A stretch of DNA of 33,841 bases from Candidatus Rokubacteria bacterium GWC2_70_16 (GTDB lineage: Bacteria; Methylomirabilota; Methylomirabilia; Rokubacteriales; CSP1-6): the NCBI GenBank assembly GCA_001788415.1, contig MGBV01000099.1, positions 34,430-68,270 on the forward strand, written 5' to 3'. Under the pieces are notes generated by a model, which saw only the letters and a list, made by a program, of their open reading frames with translations, was not told where the DNA came from and did not search any database. Below, in pieces: positions 1 to 7,443 of this stretch. Made by a program: the position numbers and the translations under genes. Within the stretch, counting starts at the first letter, position 1, and the number at the start of each line of letters is the position of its first letter.

Positions 1-284
1 GCTCCCCGCCGGCCGCGGCCCTCAGGCGCCTTGAACCTGGGGCGGGCGCTTCAGGAAATTGATGTGTCAGGCCCATTGACCAGGTGCCGGGCGGGGAAGA
101 ATGTGGGCCAACATACCAGCAGAGTGAATGGGCCCATCAAGTCACCCAGGCCCGGCCCCGGAGGTGGACGGCAGGGCATTATCCCTCCTGACACGAACGT
201 GAACGGCCCCGCAGCCCGATGGAAGTCCTCGCTGCCGGGGATTGCCCGCGCGGCCGACGGGGCTGGCGCGGAGAGGGGGTGGCA

Positions 285-524
285 ATGGCGCAGCTGAGCG
301 CCGACCTGATGCTGGACTGCCGAGGGCTGGCCTGCCCTGTGCCGATCCTGAAGCTGTCCAAGGCCATCACTCAGATTCAGGCGGGGCAGATCATCGAGCT
401 CAGCGCCACCGACAGCGGCTCCCGGGACGACGTTCCTGCCTTCTGCCAGCGCACCGGCAACGCGCTGGTCTCCACCCGGGAGGAGGGCGGCGCCTTCATC
501 TTCTATGTCAGGAAGGGGCCCTGA
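285..524 (+). CDS. tusA: TusA/SirA-family sulfurtransferase
   Basis: LDCRGLACPVP (CPxP motif), 79 aa, ends FYVRKG; ATG at 285 after GAGAGGGGG, inside track ORF 219..524. Confidence 0.92.
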   Translation: MAQLSADLMLDCRGLACPVPILKLSKAITQIQAGQIIELSATDSGSRDDVPAFCQRTGNALVSTREEGGAFIFYVRKGP

Positions 525-545
525 GGGCGCCCCGCGGAGCTACGC

Positions 546-746
546 GTGTACATCGTCGCCATCGATCCTGAAGTCTGCAACGGCAACGGGGAATGCGTCC
601 AGGGATGCCCCGTGGCCATCCTGTCCGAAGAGGGCGAGGGCGACGAGAAGAAATGCGTCGTGAGCGGGGCCATAGCGGATTGCCTCGGCTGCATGGTCTG
701 CGTCGAGGTGTGCCCCACCGGCGCCATCAAGGTGGACGAGGTATAG
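546..746 (+). CDS. Small dicluster ferredoxin (probably 7Fe type)
   Basis: CNGNGECVQGCP and CLGCMVCVEVCP motifs; 66 aa; GGAG upstream of GTG start. Confidence 0.9.
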   Translation: MYIVAIDPEVCNGNGECVQGCPVAILSEEGEGDEKKCVVSGAIADCLGCMVCVEVCPTGAIKVDEV

Positions 747-751
747 GCGCA

Positions 752-2140
752 GTGCATATCCCCCGCCTGGTCATCTCAGCCCCCCATGGCCGGTCGGGCA
801 AGACCACCGTGGCGATAGGGCTGGCAGCCGCCTTCGCCCGGCGGGGGCTGAGGGTCCAGCCCTTCAAGAAGGGGCCGGACTACATCGACCCGAGCTGGCT
901 CGGCGAGGCCGCCGGCCGCCCCTGCCGGAACCTGGATCTCTTCCTGATGGATGCCGACAGGGCCCTGGAGACAGTGGCCTGCGCCTGCCAGTCGGCAGAC
1001 CTGGCCCTCGTCGAGGGCGCTCATGGCCTCTATGACGGGCTCGACGGGGACGGAGCCAATAGCACGGCCCGGCTGGCCAGGCTCCTCCAGGCGCCTGTCG
1101 TGCTCGTCGTGGACGCGACCCGGATGACCCAGAGCGTGGCCGCCCTGGTCCTGGGATTCCGGGACTTCGACCCCGGCGTCCAGCTCGCCGGCGTCATCGC
1201 GAACCAGGTGAGCAGCCCTCGCCACCGCGCCAAGCTGGCCGATGCCCTCGCCCGGCACACGGGCATCCCGCTCCTGGGCGCCCTGCCCCGGGACCCCTCG
1301 CTGTCGATCCCCGACCGCCACCTGGGGCTCGTCCCGAGAGACGAGGACGATGGGCTCCTCCCCGTGGTGGAGCGGGTCCGCGCCGCCGTGGAGGCCTCGG
1401 TGGACGTGGAGGCGCTGCTGGGTCTGGCCCGCGGCGCGCCGGCCCTGCCGGTGGGTCCGCATTGCCCTGAGCGAATGCCTCCCGCCCAGGTGAGGCTCGC
1501 CATCGCCAGAGACCGGGCCTTCACCTTCTACTACATGGAAAACATCGAGGCCCTGCGGGCGGCCGGGGCCGAGCTGGTCTGCCTGGACACGCTCGGGGAC
1601 GGGGCGCTTCCCGACGTCGACGGCCTGTACCTCGGCGGGGGCTTCCCGGAGATGTTCCTCGATGAGCTCGAGGCCAACGAGGCGCTCCGCGCGGACATCC
1701 GCGCAGCGGTTGGCGAGGGTCTGCCGGTCTATGCCGAGTGCGCGGGGCTCATGTACCTGGCTCGGCGCATCGCCTGGCGCGGCCGCTCGGCGGCCATGGT
1801 GGGGGCGCTGCCCTGCGACGTGGAGGTCACGGAAAGGCCCCAGGGGCACGGCTACGTGCGCGCGCGCGTCACGGGCGCGAACCCCTGCTTCCCGGTCGGG
1901 ACTGAGCTCCGCGGCCACGAGTTCCACTACTCCCGAGTGGTGAACCTGGGGCCGGCGCGCTTCGCCTATCGCCTGGAGCGCGGACAGGGCGTGGCCGACG
2001 GGCGGGACGGCCTGGTGGTGGGCAACGTGCTCGCCGCCTATACCCACCTGCACGCCGCCGGCACCGCGGGGTGGGCCGAGAGCCTCGTGGCCCAGGCGCG
2101 CGCCCACCAGGCCCGCCGGCCGGCCAGGGAGGCCCGATGA
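752..2140 (+). CDS. dsrN: Cobyrinate a,c-diamide synthase-like siroheme amidase DsrN
   Basis: GRSGKTT P-loop, FKKGPDYIDP, glutamine amidotransferase YAECAGLMYL and GHEFHYS; dsr operon context; GTG start at 752 inferred. Confidence 0.85.
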   Translation: MHIPRLVISAPHGRSGKTTVAIGLAAAFARRGLRVQPFKKGPDYIDPSWLGEAAGRPCRNLDLFLMDADRALETVACACQSADLALVEGAHGLYDGLDGDGANSTARLARLLQAPVVLVVDATRMTQSVAALVLGFRDFDPGVQLAGVIANQVSSPRHRAKLADALARHTGIPLLGALPRDPSLSIPDRHLGLVPRDEDDGLLPVVERVRAAVEASVDVEALLGLARGAPALPVGPHCPERMPPAQVRLAIARDRAFTFYYMENIEALRAAGAELVCLDTLGDGALPDVDGLYLGGGFPEMFLDELEANEALRADIRAAVGEGLPVYAECAGLMYLARRIAWRGRSAAMVGALPCDVEVTERPQGHGYVRARVTGANPCFPVGTELRGHEFHYSRVVNLGPARFAYRLERGQGVADGRDGLVVGNVLAAYTHLHAAGTAGWAESLVAQARAHQARRPAREAR

Positions 2141-2490
2141 AGATCGGGGTGATGGTCCAGGAGGGCCCGTATCAGCACCAGGCCTCCGACAGCGCCTGGG
2201 AGTTCGTCCAGGCGGCGCTCGCGCGGGGACACGAGGTCGTCGGCGTCTTCTTCTACACCGACGGCGTGCACAACGTGAACCGGTTCATGAACCCGCCGGG
2301 CGAGCGGGTGATCGGCAAGCGGTGGTCCGAGCTGGGGGCCCAGGGGGTGCCGCTGGTGGCGTGCGTCACCGACTCGACGTACCGGGGCGTCACCCAGGAG
2401 CTCGCCGTCGCCAACGTGAAGATCTCCGGGCTGGGCAGCCTGGCCGAGTTCATCCAGCAAGCCGACCGCTTCGTGACGTTCGGCGACTGA
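2137..2490 (+). CDS. dsrE: Sulfurtransferase complex subunit DsrE/TusD
   Basis: GPYQHQASDSA, VFFYTDGV, active-site Cys in LVACV, ISGLGSLAE...DRFVTFG; ATGA overlap with the dsrN stop. Confidence 0.92.
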   Translation: MKIGVMVQEGPYQHQASDSAWEFVQAALARGHEVVGVFFYTDGVHNVNRFMNPPGERVIGKRWSELGAQGVPLVACVTDSTYRGVTQELAVANVKISGLGSLAEFIQQADRFVTFGD

Positions 2491-2504
2491 GAGGGGGGAG
2501 CACA

Positions 2505-2813
2505 ATGAGGGGGGTCGGAGTTCTTGGCGTAACGCTTCTGGTTGTCCTTGCGTCGGTGGGCGTCTCGGCCCAGATGCCGATGGAACACAAAGGCACAATC
2601 TCGAAGATCGACACGAAGGCGAAGACCTTCGCCGTCAAGGACGAGAAGGGCAAGGAGGTGACGATGCACGCGGAGGATGTCAAGGCTTTGGCGGGCCTTC
2701 GGGTGGGTGACAAGGTCGTCGTGAAGATGACCGCGAAGGACGGGAAGAACATGGCCAAGGAGGTGCTGAAGGAAGCTACCGGACGGGCTCCCGCGCCTGG
2801 GTATGGAAAATGA
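2505..2813 (+). CDS. Small secreted Lys-rich beta-barrel (OB-fold-like) protein, possibly ExtJ-like partner of the cytochrome
   Basis: Signal peptide ending VSA; GTISKID...LRVGDKVVV pattern; GAGGGGGGAG RBS; ATG at 2505. Confidence 0.65.
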   Translation: MRGVGVLGVTLLVVLASVGVSAQMPMEHKGTISKIDTKAKTFAVKDEKGKEVTMHAEDVKALAGLRVGDKVVVKMTAKDGKNMAKEVLKEATGRAPAPGYGK

Positions 2814-2841
2814 CACGCTCCGCATTGCGAAGGAGGAAGTC

Positions 2842-4146
2842 ATGACGCCGCAATCCTCCGGCAAGACCGCCTGGGCCAGTGTCTCCTGGATCGGCGGACT
2901 CACCGTCTTGATGCTCGCTCTTCTCTCCCTTCCCGACGTCGCACTGGCTCAACAGAAAGCAAGAACGGTGGACGATCTCGCGAAGATGTACGACGTCGCC
3001 TCATGCAAGCAGTGCCACGCCAAGGTCTACGAGGAGTGGGAGAAGTCAACGCACGCGCGCTCCCTCATCGGAACCGGCCGGACCATCGGGGGATTCCAAG
3101 GAATGATCAGGGCCGGCCTCATGGGGGCATTCACGAAATCGGGGGTGAAGGATGTAGGGGACGTCAAAGTCGAGCACCTCGCGCAGTGTTTCAAGTGCCA
3201 TCTTCCGCAGATTTCGGATGCCACCGATGAGGTCGCGCGGGAACTCGTCAAGGCATACCTGGATGCTGATCGGGCCACGCTCGGCAAGGTCAACGTCAAC
3301 TGTCTCGTGTGCCACAACACGAAGGCGATTCTGCACAAGTGGCAGGATGGGGAGCCCGAGAAGGGCGTCGTCTACGGCTCCAAGGACGGTCCGCATCCCG
3401 ACAAGTACCCGGCGATGAAAAACAGCGTGGTCATGAAAGAGGCGGCGATGTGTGGCCAGTGCCACGGCACGGGGCCGAACTTCGAATTCCCGCAGCCTTC
3501 GCAGTGCGCGACCGCGTACGGGAGCTATCTCCACGCCTATATTCCCGCGGGCGGCACAGAGACGTGTCAGGACTGCCATATGAAGAAGGACGGCAAGGGG
3601 CACCTCATGCCCGCCTACCGCGACCCGGATATGGCGAAGAGGGCCGTGGATGTCGACGTGGAGGCGAGGGGATACAAGTTCCTGCTCAAGGCAGGGGACT
3701 CAATCCCGACAGCCGTGGTGACGGTGAAAATCACGAATAAGGCAGGGCATCGAATCCCTGATGGCTGACCCTCGCCCCAGAGAGCGGTCCTGGACGTGAC
3801 CGCGAAGACAAGCGATGGCAAAGAGATCTTCAGGGATTCAAAGATCTATATGCCGCAAGCCACCAATAGTCGTGGTGATGCGATGGTCTACGGGGCGCAC
3901 TTCAAGATGGGATATACCCGCGACACGAGCCTTCAGCCGCTTCAGACCAGGGTGGAGACCTACGAAATCAAGTTCCCGTATGAAGACGTCGAGAAGGAAA
4001 AGGGCAAACCCAGGGTGAGAGAGATACGGGCCAGGGAGATGGACGTGACGGTTGAGCTGCGGTACCAGCCTGATCCTGCGCCAGGTGAAGCGGGAAAGGA
4101 CAGTTTCGTTCTGCATAAGACGACGAAGAAAGTCAGCATCAAATAG
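2842..4146 (+). CDS. extKL: Periplasmic pentaheme cytochrome c selenoprotein (ExtKL-type), Sec at TGA 3766-3768 (residue 309 of 434)
   Basis: AGGAGG RBS then ATG 2842; signal peptide; five CxxCH (CKQCH, CFKCH, CLVCH, CGQCH, CQDCH); track ORFs 2803..3768 and 3796..4146 share a frame and are separated only by TGA in GHRIPDG*PSP; hairpin downstream. Confidence 0.85.
3784..3803 (+). promoter_or_regulatory. Putative bacterial SECIS element
   Basis: GCGGTC (3784-3789) pairs with GACCGC (3798-3803) around CTGGACGT, starting 15 nt after the in-frame TGA; C3790-G3796 pairing leaves apical loop UGGAC with G at position 2. Confidence 0.7.
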
Positions 4147-4164
4147 AGCGGCTGGGGGTGGTGT

Positions 4165-4587
4165 ATGGAAGATCTGTCGGGGCACGGTGAGCTCCAGGTG
4201 GAGCCCCGCGGGGCTCCACCGAAGAAGGTTTTGGTGCTGATGCGCAAGGCCCCTTATGGAACCCTCTACAACTGGGAGGGCCTGCAGGTGCTCCTCATCA
4301 TGGGGGCCTACAAGATGCAGGGTCTGGTGGACATCGCCGTGGCCTTCGTGGAGGACGGGGTCTTCGCGATCACCCAGGGGCAGGACCCGAGCAGCCTGGG
4401 GATGAAGGCGATCGCGAAGACCTACCCGGCGCTCCCGGACTTCGAGGTGGACCGCTTCTACGTCGACGGGCAGTCACTGGCCGATCGGAGCCTGACCCTG
4501 GATGACCTGGTGATCCAGCCCGAGATCCTCGACGCGGCGGGGATGGCCCGGCTCTTGGAGGAGCAGGACGCGGTCCTGCCGTTCTAG
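4165..4587 (+). CDS. dsrF: Sulfurtransferase complex subunit DsrF/TusC
   Basis: KKVLVLMRKAPYG...EGL, FVEDGVF, SLADRSL, ends DAVLPF; short N-terminal extension. Confidence 0.9.
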   Translation: MEDLSGHGELQVEPRGAPPKKVLVLMRKAPYGTLYNWEGLQVLLIMGAYKMQGLVDIAVAFVEDGVFAITQGQDPSSLGMKAIAKTYPALPDFEVDRFYVDGQSLADRSLTLDDLVIQPEILDAAGMARLLEEQDAVLPF

Positions 4588-4600
4588 AGGAGGCCGAGTG

Positions 4601-4894
4601 ATGCTCTTCACGGTGAACAAGTCGCCTTACCTGCACGGCAACCTGGAAGGCTGCCTGCGGCTGGCCCCGGCCGGGACGCCGCTCGTGCTCTACGAGGACG
4701 GGGTGTACGCGGCGGCGGCGGGCACGCGCGTGGAAGAGCTGATGCGCCAGGCCCTGGCCCGGCACCCCGTCTATGTGCTGGAAGCCGACCTCAGGGCCCG
4801 CGGGCTCGGGCGCCTGATCGAGGGCGTGCGGGTGATCGACTACGCGGGCTTCGTGGAGCTGGTGGAGCAGCATCCCGTGGTGCCCTGGCTGTGA
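4601..4894 (+). CDS. dsrH: Sulfurtransferase complex subunit DsrH/TusB
   Basis: MLFTVNKSP, LEGCLR, LYEDGVYAA, DLRARGL, IDYAGFVELV, ends WL; start is GTG 4598 or ATG 4601. Confidence 0.92.
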   Translation: MLFTVNKSPYLHGNLEGCLRLAPAGTPLVLYEDGVYAAAAGTRVEELMRQALARHPVYVLEADLRARGLGRLIEGVRVIDYAGFVELVEQHPVVPWL

Positions 4895-4930
4895 CAGGGA
4901 CCGGGCGGGCGGCGTAAGAGGAGAACGAGC

Positions 4931-6340
4931 ATGCTGGTGGTGCAGCTGGCGTGTCCCAAGTGCGGCTTCGTCATCGAGCAGTACCCGGCCGAGCAGCTCG
5001 AGACGGACTCCCAGAAGCAGAAGCGCTACCAGTACCTCCGGAAGAAGCAGACGCTCTGCCCGAGCTGCCTCACCCAGACCTCCAAGCTCGAGGAGCGCCG
5101 GGTGGAGGCCCAGGCCGGGGCCGAGGCGAGCGTGCTCGCGGCGGCCCAGGCGCCCGCCGAGGCCGGCGCCCCCGAGGCGGACGAGGGGCCGACGCCATTC
5201 TGCGACGAGCTCGGGCGGGGGCCCTGGCCGAGCCACGTGAGGGAGCTCAGGCGAACCCGCTACCACATGCAGATGTACGAGGAGGCCCTGAGGCTCCGCC
5301 AGACCCAGTGGGGCTTCGGCGGCTACGTCTCGCTGCCGGGGGTGGCCGCCGGGCTTGCGGTGCGCGCCTCGGCCCGCCCCGAGATCGCCAAGGGGGCCAA
5401 CTTCCTCCGGATCCTCCCTCCCGGCGGCAGCTTCTACTCCACCGAGACCCTCGGCAAGGTCTGCGACATCGCCGACCGCTACGCCTATGGCCTCCTGCAT
5501 CTGCACAGCACCGGCGGGAACATCGAGATCCTGGGGATCCCCACCGAGCAGCTCAAGGAGGTGGTCTCCGCCCTGAACGCCCAGGGGCTGGACGTGGGGT
5601 CCACCGGCGATGCCTACCGCAACACCGTGGAATGCGTCGGCCCGGCGCGCTGCGATGCGACCCTGATCGACACGCTCGGGATCCGCGACGCATGGTACCG
5701 GCGCTTCCTGGACGACGTGCAGTTCCCGCGCTTCCCCCACAAGCTCAAGATCAAGATCTCCGGCTGCCCTAACGACTGCACCCGCTCCGTCCAGAAGTCG
5801 TGCATCGCGCTCATCGGCGTCTTCCGCGACGCCCCGAAGATCGACCACGAGCGGCTGGCCGCCTGGGTCGAGGGGGGAGGCGACGCGGCCCACATCGCGC
5901 GGATGTGCCCGCCCCGGGCCCTTGACTGGGACGGGCGGCGGCTTGCGATCGACCAGGAGGCCTGCACCCACTGCATGTACTGCATCAACAAGTGCCCGGC
6001 CATCCGGCCGGGGGACGACCGCGGGGTGGCCGTGCTGGTGGGCGGGAAGCTCCGCGGCAAGTACGGCCCGCTCCTGGGACGGGTGCTGGTCCCCTTCGTT
6101 CCCTTGGCGCCGCCCGAGTACCGCGAGCTGTTCGACCTCCTCCACAGGATCGACGAGGTCTTCGACGAGCACGCCCGCCGGAAGGAGCGCCTGGGCGATT
6201 TCCTCTTCCGGATCGGGATGGACCAGTTCTCCCGGCTCGTGGGGATCGAGCCCTCGGCCCATCAGATGGCCGAGCCCCGGAGCAATGTCTTCTATCACTG
6301 GGCCGCCGGCCCGCCCGGCAGCGACGCGGCGGAGGTGTAG
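4931..6340 (+). CDS. dsrA: Dissimilatory sulfite reductase alpha subunit, copy 1 (divergent/basal type, N-terminal Cys4 extension)
   Basis: TPxCDELxxGPWPS, CVGPARC (CX5C) and GCPNDC (CX3C), FPHKLKIK, ferredoxin domain CTHCMYC, ERLGD, EPRSNVFY. Confidence 0.9.
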   Translation: MLVVQLACPKCGFVIEQYPAEQLETDSQKQKRYQYLRKKQTLCPSCLTQTSKLEERRVEAQAGAEASVLAAAQAPAEAGAPEADEGPTPFCDELGRGPWPSHVRELRRTRYHMQMYEEALRLRQTQWGFGGYVSLPGVAAGLAVRASARPEIAKGANFLRILPPGGSFYSTETLGKVCDIADRYAYGLLHLHSTGGNIEILGIPTEQLKEVVSALNAQGLDVGSTGDAYRNTVECVGPARCDATLIDTLGIRDAWYRRFLDDVQFPRFPHKLKIKISGCPNDCTRSVQKSCIALIGVFRDAPKIDHERLAAWVEGGGDAAHIARMCPPRALDWDGRRLAIDQEACTHCMYCINKCPAIRPGDDRGVAVLVGGKLRGKYGPLLGRVLVPFVPLAPPEYRELFDLLHRIDEVFDEHARRKERLGDFLFRIGMDQFSRLVGIEPSAHQMAEPRSNVFYHWAAGPPGSDAAEV

Positions 6341-6342
6341 CC

Positions 6343-7395
6343 ATGCCCGGAATCGGCGTCGCGCCAATGGAAGCGAATCTCCCTCCCATCGTGAGGCGCA
6401 ATTACGGCGCGTGGGTGTGGCACGAGGTGATCCGGCCCGGCGTCCTGAAGCACGTGTCGAAGAGCGGGGAGGCCTGCTTCACCGTGCGAGCGGGGATGCC
6501 CCCCAACGCCCGGGTGTCGACCGCGCTCGCCCGCCGGATCTGCGAGGTGGCCAACCGGTTCTGCGGCGGCTACCTCCGCATCACCCGGCGCCACAGCCTG
6601 GAGCTGGTGGGGGTGGCCGAGGCCGAGCTCGGCGCGGCGATCGCGGCGCTCCGCGAGATCGGGCTGGCGGTGGGGGGGGCCGATCGCACCTTCCACAACA
6701 TCGTCTGCTGCACGGGCTGGATCCATTGCCAGTTCGCCGCCACCGATGCGCCCGCCATCGCCAAGGCGATCTCGGACGGGCTCTGGGAGGATTTCCAGTC
6801 GGAGGGGTACCCGGCCAAGCTGAAGATCTCCATCGCCGCCTGTGTCAACCAGTGCGGCGAGGGCTCCACTGCCGACATCGGGGTGATCGGCATCCATCGC
6901 GACCTGCCGCGGGTCAACGACGCGGAGGTGGCGAAGTGCGAGGTGCCGCTGATCGTCTCCATCTGCCCCACCGGCGCCATCCGTCCGAAGCCCCCCAAGA
7001 GCGTGCAGGTGGACCCCAGGCGCTGCATCCACTGCGTGGCCTGCGTGGGGCAATGCGTCGGCATGCCCATCGGGGACCCCGAGACCGACGGCGTGGCGAT
7101 CTACGTCGGCGGCAAGGCCGGCAACCAGGGGAGCGGCCCCGCCTTCGGCAAGCTGGCGATCCCGTATCTGCCCAACCGCCCGCCGCGCTGGCCGGAGGTC
7201 GTCCAGGCCGTGACGGGCATCATCGGGGTGTGGACGAAGGGGGCCCGGAGGGACGAGCGCATCGGCGACTGGATCAGCCGGATCGGCTGGGAGCGCTTCT
7301 TCGACAAGACAGGGCTGCCGGTGAGCGACAAGCACCTGGACGGCTATGTCCTCTGGCCCATGGCGGCGCGCACCGGGGTGCGGTTCCGCTGGTAG
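6343..7395 (+). CDS. dsrB: Dissimilatory sulfite reductase beta subunit, copy 1
   Basis: LPPIVRRNYGAW..HE...PGVLKHV, GWIHC, CVNQCG, CIHCVAC, PPRWPE, RIGWERFF; ATG 6343 after GGAGG. Confidence 0.92.
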   Translation: MPGIGVAPMEANLPPIVRRNYGAWVWHEVIRPGVLKHVSKSGEACFTVRAGMPPNARVSTALARRICEVANRFCGGYLRITRRHSLELVGVAEAELGAAIAALREIGLAVGGADRTFHNIVCCTGWIHCQFAATDAPAIAKAISDGLWEDFQSEGYPAKLKISIAACVNQCGEGSTADIGVIGIHRDLPRVNDAEVAKCEVPLIVSICPTGAIRPKPPKSVQVDPRRCIHCVACVGQCVGMPIGDPETDGVAIYVGGKAGNQGSGPAFGKLAIPYLPNRPPRWPEVVQAVTGIIGVWTKGARRDERIGDWISRIGWERFFDKTGLPVSDKHLDGYVLWPMAARTGVRFRW

Positions 7396-7443
7396 GCCAA
7401 CCCCGCGCATGACGGGAGGGGACACGGTGAGGAGAGAGCGACG

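Noticed and set aside
1-284. Possible FNR box, riboswitch or ncRNA in the dsr leader
   Set aside because: TTGAT at 59-63 lacks a correctly spaced ATCAA half-site, and I could not recognise any RNA family by eye; an Rfam scan would be needed
522-546. The tusA TGA stop is in frame with the ferredoxin ORF (possible second read-through or fusion)
   Set aside because: TusA is already complete at YVRKGP, the TGA is not at a Cys-equivalent position, and the ferredoxin has its own GGAG RBS; in-frame spacing has a 1 in 3 chance
3796-4146. Stand-alone 116-aa ORF from the track
   Set aside because: Better explained as the C-terminal part of the Sec-containing cytochrome; its GTG lies inside the SECIS-like hairpin and lacks an RBS
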